Shown here piece by piece: positions 26,096 through 38,100 of a DNA stretch of 64,000 nucleotides. Position 1 is the stretch's first letter; the number at the start of each line of letters is the position of its first letter. A program made the position numbers and the translations under genes. The notes beneath the pieces were generated by a model, which saw only the letters and a program-made list of their open reading frames with translations, had not been told where the DNA came from and made no database searches. The stretch comes from Bispira polyomma. Its lineage: Eukaryota. The stretch covers positions 59,210,001-59,274,000 of the forward strand of contig OZ287748.1 in the NCBI GenBank assembly GCA_965649765.1, in the 5' to 3' direction.

Positions 26096-27545
26096 GATGA
26101 TACTTGCTGATCAGTAAACTCTGTGGATGTTTCAGTGGTTGTCTCTACTGTTTGTTTTAAAGTTTTGGATGATACTTGCTGATCAGTAAACTCTGTGGAT
26201 GTTTCAGTGGTTGTCTCTACTGTTTGTTTTAAAGTTTTGGATGATACTTGCTGATCAGTAAACTCTGGATGTTTTCAGTGGTTGTCTCTACTGTTTGTTT
26301 TAAAGTTTTGGATTGCTGATCAGTAAACTCTGTGGATGTTTGAGTGGTTGTCTCTACTGTTTGTTTTAAAGTTGAGGATGATACTTGCTGATCAGTAAAC
26401 TCTGTAGATGTTTTCAGTGGTTGTCTCTACTGTTTGTTTTAAAGTTTTGGATGATACTTGCTGATCAGTAAACTCTGTGGATGTTTTCAGTGGTTGTCTC
26501 TACTGTTTGTTTTACAGTTGAGGATGATACTTGCTGATCAGTAAACTCTGTGGATATTTCAGTGGTTGTCTCTACTGTTTGTTTTAAAGTTTTGGATGAT
26601 ACTTGTTGATCAGTAAACTCTGTGGATGTTTCAGTGGTTGTCTCTACTGTTTGTTTTAAAGTTTTGGATAATACTTGCTGATCAGTAAACTCTGTGGATG
26701 TTTTCAGTGGTTGTCTCTACTGTTTGTTTTACAGTTGAGGATGATACTTGTTGATCAGTAAACTCTGTGGATGTTTCAGTGGTTGTCTCTACTGTTTGTT
26801 TTAAAGTTTTGGATGATACTTGCTGATCAGTAAACTCTGTGGATGTTTCAGTGGTTGTCTCTACTGTTTGTTTTAAGGTTGAGGATGATACTTGCTGATC
26901 AGTAAACTCTGTGGATGTTTTCAGTGGTTGTCTCTACTGTTTGTTTTAAAGTTTTGGATGATACTTGCTGATCAGTAAACTCTGTGGATGTTTTCAGTGG
27001 TTGTCTCTACTGTTTGTTTTAAAGTTTTGGATGATACTTGCTGATCAGTAAACTCTGTGGATGTTTTCAGTGGTTGTCTCTACTGTTTGTTTTAAAGTTT
27101 TGGATGATACTTGCTGATCAGTAAACTCTGTAGATGTTTTCAGTGATTGTCTCTACTGTTTGTTTTACAGTTGAGGATGATACTTGCTGATCAGTAAACT
27201 CTGTGGATGTTTTCAGTGGTTGTCTCTACTGTTGGTTTTAAAGTTTTGGATGATACTTGCTGATCAGTAAACTCTGTGGATGTTTCAGTGGTTGTCTCTA
27301 CTGTTTGTTTTAAAGTTGAGGATGATACTTGCTGATCAGTAAACTCTGTGGATGTTTTCAGTGGTTGTCTCTACTGTTTGTTTTAAAGTTGAGGATGATA
27401 CTTGCTGATCAGTAAACTCTGTGGATGTTTCAGTGGTTGTCTCTACTGTTTGTTTGAAAGTTGAGGATGATACTTGCTGATCAGTAAACTCTGTGGATGT
27501 TTCAGTGGTTGTCTCTACTGTTTGTTTTAAAGTTGAGGATGACAT
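26096..27545 (-). repeat. 72-bp coding minisatellite, 20 units (24-aa SSTLKQTVETTTETSTEFTDQQVS)
   Basis: GATCAGTAAAC recurs 20 times from 26109 to 27479 with periods of 72 (x9), 73 (x9) and 65 (x1); gene A has a single unit. Confidence 0.95.
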
Positions 27546-27724
27546 AGTTGTGGTCCCTGTAGGTGCTACTTCACCACACTTTACTTGTAATGTGCCTACC
27601 TCGTGTTCTACAACTATAATACAGAAAGAAAAAAGGTTTACATATTGTTTAACTACCTGTGTGTAACAAGTGCTTATATGGGATATTCTTATTGCACTTA
27701 TATATTCTGGACAATATATATATA

Positions 27725-29318
27725 TGTTACAGTAAATATGTGAAATCAGTAAATACGCGTATTTACTGAAATTTTTAGTAAATACGTGTATTTACTGATT
27801 TGGTCAGTAAATACGCGTAATCCCTAAAAATTTCGGTCAATACGCGTACTTACTGGTTTTTGGGTCCAGTAAGTTCATGTATTTACTGAATTGTCTTAAT
27901 ATTCTTGAAGTGATCATTAACTAGCCATACTAAGTCTTTTTCATCCATATGATGTATAATTATGTGGTAGTGTTGATTTTACAAGTTATTAAAGATTCCA
28001 TCTTTTTTTAGGTCAATTTATTTAGACACATTACATATACATGTACATATGCACTATGTTGTCTATCCTAAGTGTATGTTATACATATCATCTAATTTAT
28101 TACACCAATGTGTTACAAGTAGTCTTCAAAATATATATTTACACCTAAAAATTACTTTTGAAATAGACTTGCTCATGTAAATGACATGTCGTATATTACA
28201 TGTCATGTGGTATATTTTATGTGGCAAATGACACCAATTAATTAATTACATTTTTACAGAAAATATGTACATGTATAAGTGGTTGGAAATAGTAAAAAAA
28301 TGTGTCTGCTCTTGTTTTGGTCAGCATGATTTATCTCTTCAATCATTTTAAAATATTCATTTTTTGGAATAAAAAAATTTTTAGTTTTCTGAAATTTAGT
28401 GCATAAATCTTGCTTAAATCTATGTTCAACAAAATGAGCCATTTTGGCCATGTACAAATCTTAAATGAATTGATAGCAGGCAAGCAGTCTTTATATACAA
28501 CAGTATGTGATAATTACAATTAATGGCTAACTTCAAATTCAATGGGTGATTATTTTGAACCTTGTTCATCTGGCCCAATGGATTTCTCACACTGAGAAGC
28601 CACATCTCAACTTACCTGTAATTGTAATTAAAGTTAAGAAGCCACAAGTATCACATATAATTGGATGACCAGCATCCAATATAGCTAATATAGGCAAATA
28701 CAGTTTTAGGTACATCAAAAGAAGGGTTTGTAAAGGGTTCTTACCTTCAAATCTAGTGTGACCTGTACAGACATGTAATTGAGTCTTTGATGATATTTGG
28801 ATGCTATATAAGCCATAGTTAACTGGTTACAATAATATCAAAAAAGTTTTACAAACTAGTACCTTATAACCTTTAGTCTTTATTTAATAAAATAGTAATT
28901 TAAAATTATATTTAATTTTCACAGTTTTAGAATTATTTAATTTTAAATGTAAAACAAATAAGAGTGTTCAATTTGTATACACTATGTATAAATCAATATT
29001 TTGACCACACTTGTGTAAAATGGACAATAATGTAAATACAAAATACATGTGATGTAGCATGCTTTAAAGTGACCTAATTAAATCCAGATACTTTAATAAC
29101 TTTAAACACAAACCACCAAATAATACTACATGTATATCATATGCATGAGAAAGACTGATGAATTCACCAAACACTGATATATATCTTTTAAATGTCAATA
29201 AAACCCTTGAATGAACTTTTCACATTTCACATGTTTACTGAAATGATCACCAGTAAACTTTATACAGAAATTTTCAGTAAATACGCATATTTACTGATTT
29301 CACATATTTACTGTAACA
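27725..29318 (-). mobile_element. Ginger2/TDD-like non-autonomous DNA transposon
   Basis: ~46-bp near-perfect TIR TGTTACAGTAAATATGTGAAATCAGTAAATA...; TATA on both sides. ORF 28254-28457 (FFIPKNEYFKMIEEIN...KSRH) resembles the N-terminus of KRBA2/SCAND3-type Ginger2 transposases (recognition from memory). Confidence 0.65.
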
Positions 29319-29423
29319 TATATATATATAAATATGTTTCAGTGTATACACGTACTTAAATATTTATGTGAAGCATTATTTTAGCTTCTACTAAAATGAT
29401 ATATCGTATTGTAATATACTTAC

Positions 29424-30215
29424 CACCGACTGGTAATATAAAGTGTACTGCTGCATTGATATTATTTTCATCATTGGTGAACTGTAGATTGAAGCTTTCT
29501 TCATCCATACCAGTATTAATGTGAATCCTTTGTAAGTTACTGATTATACCAGGTAATATATGATACTCAGTATCGCCTTTAATGGCTTTTATTATAATTT
29601 TAGAATTTCTATCAGCAGTTTCACTTTCAAACAATGTTCCTGGCCCTCCGATATACAACTTACTGGTCCAGGTAATAATACATGTACGGTTAAACATTGA
29701 CATCTTATTTCCTGGTTCATCGTAAACACCTGTGCTCCAGTTTTGAAACAATCCACTATGGCTTTCAATATACACCACGTCTGTCGTTTGTACAGTTGCA
29801 TCATTTTGCATTGAAATCACTTCAAACGTATAAGCAGTCTTACACATATAAGTCACATGGAAGATATGTGGATAATTATTGATAGATTCTTCTGAAAGCT
29901 TTAGATATATTCCATCAGAATCATCATTGTTTCTGCTTATTTCCCATCTTATTAAAGATTTACTGTTGTAGATTTTGTCAAAATCAAATGTGAATTCGCC
30001 AAACATTAAATCCGGTCTTTGGCGTATTGCCAATACATGTGAAGTATTCAGAGTTGCCAGGTATTCTGTAGAATTGTATGTACAGTTGTTGATGTAGTAC
30101 ATAGAATCCTGTAGAACTAGCTCAATAACACTAAGTCTTTTTATTTGATTAGAGTATTTACACATTGGTTGATGGTCTGACAAATAGGTTTTACAGAGAA
30201 GTCTTGACTTCAAAC
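29424..30215 (-). CDS. Gene B large ectodomain exon (264 codons, still open)
   Basis: Within ORF 29356-30303; TTTCAG acceptor and GTAAGT donor; aligns end to end with A 16604-17401. Confidence 0.75.
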
Positions 30216-33200
30216 CTGAAATATATGAAATTATTTTTGGACTCATATTATAAATATTTGTAAAGCAAAACTTGAACAGTCTAGCATCATAAAAGTCCCA
30301 CAATTATTTTTGAGCTTTAATGTCAATGTTATACATATTCAGTTGTTTATGTGAACATTTTTAAGACAACTGGAAAGTTAATTATCATCACACACAAACT
30401 AACACATTATTAGTATCTCATGGTCCTCATGGTATAGTGGGAAATCTGTGATAGTATGGGATTTTCTTCAATATGCCACTGCTAGTAGGGTGGCTCTTGT
30501 GTAAGAGATATCACATTTTTTGAGTGCCCTTATATTGAACTTGTTTATATTATGTCATTTATGTTATTTAAATCTTTATATAGCTAGACTTCAAAGATAT
30601 ATTTCCTCGTACTTTTTGTGAAAATTAGTCAATTTATTTTTATTTAACCAAGCTTTTACTTAACCATAATCAGTTATGTTACGACACAGCTTTGTCCCCT
30701 GACCACAATTTTAAAATATAGAAAGGATTGTCAGTGTTTTAAGTCTAAGAATTAGCTAGAGATAGAGCACCAGAAACAAAAAGTAGACTATAATAGGATT
30801 GTGTAAAACCTTGTATTACTCACTTGCATCAGATGTTACACAATAACTGCCCTGATCAGGCTGCTATGACATGGTAAACCTGTCCCTGTGGGCAGGATAG
30901 TACTTGTAATTTGTCTCCGTCACTATATTATATCTCTGGGACCTGAAAGAAAATTTCTGGGATAGGTTACAGATAGCTGGAGTCACTAAAACACACCACT
31001 GACTACGTCCGGCATTCAATAATGGCCTTATATATAACTTGTTTAATGGGGAATTCCACTATACTAACAATTTCCTATTGCAAGGAACTGAAGGAACTAA
31101 AATAATATTTAGACATAGGTTCTGGTAGTAAGACATACTGTTAGCCTGGGGGTCGAAAGAGCCAGTTGACTACTATTTTACACAAAATCAAACAGATAGA
31201 TATTAGTATGAATACACAATCATTTAAGTCATCCATCCACAGAAGTTTTTTGTTTTCACTTGTGGTGAGATATTGTTAATATCAGCAAGTATTCATTTGG
31301 ATGCAAACCATGAATACAATTTTTTCTTGTCAGTCAATGATAAATTTGTAATTGTAACTAATACAACGTAAATCTTACAAACAATTCAAAAGTCAGTGTA
31401 TTATAAACTTGCCTAGTTCCCCCCTGGACTGGTGATATGGATGGGGTGATGCATGGGTATCCCCTGAGGGTCGTTTTGCGGTTATAGTATAGTTTATTAT
31501 TATAGTGTCATAGTCTTTCACTATATCATCATATATAGATATTTAGATATAATTATAAGCTAGATGTTTCCCATCCCCTCTGATTATTAATGACTTCACT
31601 GACCGGGACCTTTACTATTGCGGATGGCATTGTTTATAATAGAAGTACAATGTAATAATTAAAAAATTATAATAGATTCACAACATCAAGCTAACCTTGT
31701 CTATGTTAGACGTCACACCACATACATTGTTGTGGTAACACTTGGTATATAGTACTTCTTTATACTGGAATGGGAACACACATCTCCCCTCTGTCTGTAT
31801 TTCAAGTAATTCAGTGGTATTAGACTGATGATAAAGAGGATATGCCTTCAAATCAGGGCAGATACCTAGAAAATATGTAGATTCATGAGTTTAATGACAT
31901 ATTTACGAAATTGTAAACGATGACAACACAATTAAAGATTGTTTGTGTCCTCCATATATTCCTACTTTGTGACACTCCAAAAGTCTTAAAAAATTTAAAT
32001 ATAACTGAACAAGAGAGCAGAAAGCTTTGACCATAAATCCTGCATGACATCTATATTATAATTGATGGTGGCATTAACTTTTAATGTGTATTGAACAGCA
32101 ATATAAAACACCACCAACAAAAAAAGAAAAACTATTCCATTGTGTTTAAATCTTTCTTCAGTTTCATTTGAACCCTGCTCAAAAGTCTAAACTGAGAAAT
32201 AATAAGTAACAAAAAATTATACAGCTAGCCATATATGGAACTGGTGGTTAACTAACTCTTAGATAATATTTCTGTACATCTATATTACAATATTGCATAA
32301 GCGTACACACTCACACACAGGTAGGTGTATATATATATATATAAGGTAGGTGAATATACAACATTTACAAAAGATATACATTTACAAAGATATACATTTT
32401 CACTGTTATTCCGTTGAAGTGAATTGATAAATGCATCCTATTTTCCTTGGTCATCAAGAGGGGATAGTAGGCAATGGTGTGTCCCCATCCTGGCCAAGGA
32501 TGTTATCCCCAAGTAACAATAATAACATTACCTCTGGTCATATTCTCGAAAGACCTTAAGCTTATATCTGAAGTCACCATAGCTCTGGCTAAAAAGAATC
32601 TGATTCCATATTTGAATTCAGTGCTGAAACCTCGCTTACAATGAATGGTCACAAGTATAGATTTATTCCATATATATTAGGACTTCCACATAGCCTTCAT
32701 GTGAGTTGATAGTGTGTTTGAGCTTGAGTGTCTTTGAGTTAACCTTTGATGACTAGATCAACTCGCTGACAGTATGTAAAATATGTTTTGCTAACAAGTA
32801 TAGTTACATACCTTGTGAAACATCCAAGTAAAGCAATATGAAAACAACGAATATCACATACAAATGCATGGTGTATTTGCTACCAAAATACTGGTCAAAT
32901 AATACTCGTCATATTAACATATTAATAATACTGAGGGTTCTTAACGACTTCTAACTTTGACTTGTGGTTGTATATTCATTTTCAAAGATATATTACATGT
33001 GTATGTTTGTGTGTTTAATATCAGATTTCTTCCTTGTTGTTCACATCCAAAAGAGCTCGAAGTAAAATCGTTAGGTCAACCAAATTAGAACCAGGTGACA
33101 GTCAGGCACATAGTTTGTCAAACAATGTAAAAAGTAGCTCACAGATGCATACAAGCGTGTACAAATAAGTTAAATAAAGGTTTACCACAAACTATATGCG

Positions 33201-33572
33201 AGAAAGTTATTTAACAGAAGTATTATCTGAAATCATAATGCACTCTATAGCTGGAGTATGAATTTAATATTTTATTAATTAAAATTAATTCTTCAGCCAT
33301 GTTAGAATTACGAAAAGCTACTCCCAGTGTGTACATTATATTTCATGATAGGCAGTTAACATCATACTAATACAGTGATAGTTTGTCCATTTTCTTACGA
33401 AAATAATTTGTAAAGTATAAATAGCATGTATTTAATATATATAATGTAAAATATTAAAATAGTATATGTTATAAAGTGCTTTGCATATAACCCAAAGGTA
33501 TGTTGGGCTGGCCGTACAGTATTTTTGTTATTCTATATATATGTAATCTATGTGAAGCAGGTGGCACTATAA

Positions 33573-33576
<4 letters not shown>

Positions 33577-33620
<44 letters not shown>
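33577..33620. repeat. (TC)n microsatellite
   Basis: Perfect TC run. Confidence 0.95.
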
Positions 33621-33626
<6 letters not shown>

Positions 33627-35170
33627 TGTAATGTTATCAAGTGCACTCACACCTGCTGTCTTGCTTTTCCAAAAGCTGCATGACATTAAATATCATATAC
33701 ATTGGAAAAAATTGTGACAGAGCTTTCAAATATTCTATAATTGTTAATGACAGAGATCAGATTTTACGATCAAAGCCAAAAATAAAACTGTTTCGAGAGT
33801 AAAATTTTTTATTGAGGATTTCATTATAACCACTAAATTTGTTGTAGTGTCTTTCAAAAGTTACCAACCCATGTTTAAAAAAAGTTATATTCAGTTGTAT
33901 TTTATCTATTGTTGATTTAAATGTGGTCTTTGTAGAAACTAAATTCTGTATAAAAGTCTATGTCTTTTCACTGTGGGAGTTGAGCTAGAAGAATTCAGTA
34001 TCTTTACATTTAAGGTATTTCATCTATGCTTCAACTGAACAGTATTGTTCAGCCCTGTAACAAAAATCCACAACATTGTTTTTCTATATACCTGCACAGT
34101 GTAAACCTGCCACCTGACATTTGTTTCTTTGGATATGTATCTCAAAAGAAAAACAAATATGGAAAAAACCCCATCTGCCATGTTATGTGATTATTAAACA
34201 AATATGAAGGAACATCAGGATACAAGAACCTACATAATTCTACAACCAAATCAACTGAAACAAGATATTTATTCAAAGGTGGAAAAGTTACTTTTTTTCT
34301 ATTATTAACTATATTAAAGAAAATAATTTAGTACAGTTCACAAAACTGGTTTCCAAAAAACTTGTAATAGGATGCTTATATCATGAAGACCTATGTTAGA
34401 CATGACTAAGTTTTGGGTAGGTTTTAACCAATCTTCTTATTAGACTGCAATACCCAGTTGGCATCTAAAGAATCAAGGGTGCCAAACTCAATATAAAGAC
34501 TCTATATTTGTTTGTATACTGAGGTCAAGTAGATTTTTGATTTTCAATTTCTGTAAACAAAGGGATAAGTCAGAGAAAACATATCAAGAAAAAAGTATAT
34601 CAAGCGGGATAAAAACAACCATTACAAAGCAGAAGGAAAACAGTGAATTCAGTATTCTGGACACCAATCCATAACAGTGTACAGGTAGGACATTAATAAG
34701 TGAATGATACAATATAGGTCAGTTGTAATAATCTAATTTATAAATGAGGTTTACCTATATATTGATGTGTGTAAAAGATTGGGTTACGATATGTATACTA
34801 CTTGAGGGGGACTTCAATTACTGTCTACAATATATAACCTTTCCACAATATATACTACCTGTACGAGACTTAAATTACTGTCAAAATATATTACCTTTGC
34901 ACGGGGCACTAAATACACTTCTACTGTGTATTGTCACAAGTTCTCACCTTATTGACAAAAACCCAACCTATTCCATTGTTAACATATCACTCGTTAAACT
35001 GTCTAGTGTGAACAAAATATCCATAGAAAATAAGTTAGACAAAGTACCTGACAATTGGACCCAAAAAAGTTTTCTATACTAGTGAAAGGATATCTTGTCG
35101 GTTTTTTAATTATGTTGGTATAATTAGTGACACTGTTGAGCTTCTAAAAAGGTCAAAGAAGAAGTAGAAG

Positions 35171-38100
35171 ATGTGTGTGGCTGACTTGATGTATGTCATT
35201 GTGATTGTGGTCTCTGGACAACACCTGGCAAGTATTCATGGTAGGTGTTGGCCTGTCTCGATTTGTGCTTCTTATTTAACTCACTTGTCATATACACAGG
35301 TGTACTGCTAGGTAGACAAGGAAGTGATTATAAAATACTATGGTATCTATCATTGTTAGGTGTAACCTGATGATGTTTTCAAACCTTCATGGATTGGTTG
35401 AAAGCAATCGACTCGTCTAAACTGAAGGGTGTCCGATTTACCCGAGTATATAGTGGCCATGTATTTCACATTGTGGGCTTGTTTCTTTTTTAAAAGACAA
35501 TTCTTGTTTCCAATTATTTCCCTTTAAATTTAATCAACTGCCAATTTGCAAGCACTAACTCCCAAGTTTCCACAAATAGGGCACAATGTTGTGCTACAAA
35601 ATGGCCACAATCAAGAAAAGATTTGTATCACCTAGTAGGCTAGTAGTAGCTATTGTGATCAATATATGTTGGCAACGTGCAACTTGATCCTTGGTGCTAA
35701 AGGTTATAGAAGCCATATTGTTAACTTGTTTTTACGAATGGACCTAAAATGGACGTAAAAATGTCCCTTACTGACCCCCACACCCCCTCTTTTGTCTCAC
35801 AGTGTCACCTACACAAATTGTAAACCCAACACCTTTAAAGATTCCTTTTGTTCATGTGGTATACTTAAAATACCGTACTTAAGTTTAAATTATTACCCAT
35901 TCTTTTATTTTTTAGCTCAAGTTGGTCAGAATTATTCTGTCTGTCATGACGAAGACATTGCAAACAGTCAGACAGTGATATTAGAGGACAGTGGTGGGCA
36001 GACTGACTGTCTGTGTATTTTGTCAAAGACTGACCTGAACACAGAATTTATTATCACAATCACTAACTTCACCTGCAGCAGGGATAATAGTGTGGCTCCC
36101 TGGATGTTAATGGTAAAGTGAAACACAATTTTTCTCACTTTTTTATCATCATATATGTAACTTAGAATATAATATAATATAAAATTGCATGTATATAGTC
36201 TAACCCTTTTAAGCAAAACTCTGTTAAGTCAATTTTCCTGTTATGTGAAGAAATATCTGTAGTCCCATTAGTGCTTTTTATTCTAAAATCTACCCTGTCT
36301 AGTGAAAATCCTGCATAAGTGGAGGTATTTTGCCTGATTCCTTGAGGTTCGACTTAAAGTCGTTCAACTATACTTCATAATGTATAGTTTTTATCTATCT
36401 TCCTCAAATTATGTGACACCTGTGTTCAGTTTAATTTATCTGGCTGTATCAAAAGTGTAAACACACAGGAGGTTGTATCAGGCATACAATAATTATGTTA
36501 GTAATTGGGTTAGTATAAATTGTACATCTACATAAAATTAAAAGGTAGCTGCAACTTGAAAAGTCTGCAAGAAAAAAATTGTTTTAGTCATGTGACAAAT
36601 AAAGTGCCTTCTTGGCAGTCATAACCTTAACACGCATACTAATATCTTGGGAATGAAATGTTCATAGTTTGTTATTTATTCACTTAAAATAGTAAACATG
36701 TGAATTTGTTCATCAATCCTACATAATTGAATATGTTTACTATATTAAAACTTATACTCCTACAATTTGCTGTTAACTTCTTCATACATCAATGTAAGTT
36801 ACTAAGTAAAGTAAAGTAAGTAAAACGTCTACTGTTGAATATCTATGCTTTCAATTTACTGCTGTACCTCAGACCTTTGCAAGAAATACATTCCAACATC
36901 TTACCTTTATCCATGAGGAGTTAAATTCTAACTTCTTGTATATAGAAGTTTATTATTTCACAAATTTCAGTTTTATGTTGATGGTTGTGAGAGCATGGTT
37001 ATTGATTGCCAAACAACATGGAGTTCTGAAGGTGTAACACATCAAATTCTGCAAGAAACTAATCCACGCCAGCTTGAGGTGAAGCTACTTAAGAACACAG
37101 GCAATCCTGTAGATTTTTACTACAGTGTAACAATGACTGCCGGAGCAGGTAATTACAAAATAAACAAATCACTGATGGCGATTACATACCCCCAATTTAT
37201 GGATTCCCAGGACTCTAAACCATTCCTTAAAGCTTGTTTACGATTCCCATGTTCCAAATCACTACTTTCATCTGTATGCTGATGATTGACCTACTTTGTA
37301 TTCCAAATTCTAAACACTAAGTACTAGTATATTGTTGGAACTGTTACACCGAAATAAAACCCATTGATGATCTCTTATCTAAGATTCTCTACTTTTTTAT
37401 TTTACATTTTATGATCTATTTCTATTCACTGCATAAAATTTTCCTGATATTTCATACAGAAGCGATCTTCTGCTATATGAGACATTCTATGATCTAAACA
37501 GAATATCACTAATAGAGCCTTCAGTTTTTTAAGAGCCTGTTTTATCGCTTTATATATTTTGATTTAGTGTGTTTTTATTTTCCCAATGATTATGGCCTGC
37601 AGCTAGGGGACGTAGTATTTTTATGAAAAAGGGCGCCATTAATGGAATAGTTTAAGTGAGCGTTTCCATGCAGGCAACTTTCTGAGGCGACCAGCCGACG
37701 TATAACAGGCAATTTTTAATTTTTATGTTTCTATACAATTATTTAGGAAAATAGATACCTGTATTTAAACCTGAATATCTTAGCCATTTCTAAACCGATT
37801 TTGATGCAACAAAAAGCACAATATACCCGATAAAATAAGCTTCCTCACCATATTTTCATTAAATTTATACCTTCAGTAATTTTTGAGCTATTATAAAAAA
37901 ATCAGCAATGTTTACAAGGCGACGGCAATGCCAGGCGTTTTTTTTCGCTGCTAGTAGCGAAAAAAATTGCCTGGCATTGCCCGCCGCCTGTCGGCGTTGC
38001 TCACATGGAAACACTTGGCTTTAAAGCAATGAAACTGATAGAATCGCCGTCGGCCGTCGCCTGATCGCCTCAGAAAGTTGCCTGCATGGAAACGCTCACT

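Larger units (their letters stand above)
24234..32869 (-). pseudogene. Gene B: disrupted paralogue of gene A
   Basis: Exons 32812-32869 (MHLYVIFVVFILLYLDVSQG), 31696-31865 (FN2 first half), remnant chitin-binding exon ~30824-30923, 29424-30215 (open), 25908-27613 (stalk with frameshifting VNTR), 25044-25125 (TM), 24234-24793 (tail, 2-nt deletion giving a stop at 24541). The region equivalent to A 18211-19554 is deleted. Confidence 0.75.
12890..33216. repeat. Tandem segmental duplication: unit A ~12890-22732, unit B ~23615-33216
   Basis: Collinear similarity of 3' flank, exons, introns, an intronic SINE and the 5' flank between the two units; they differ by TE insertions, a VNTR and a ~1.35 kb deletion. 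Confidence 0.9.

Noticed and set aside
26096-27545. CRISPR-like periodic array
   Set aside because: Units are contiguous near-identical 72-mers without unique spacers, lie inside an exon and translate to a mucin repeat; no cas genes; eukaryotic context.
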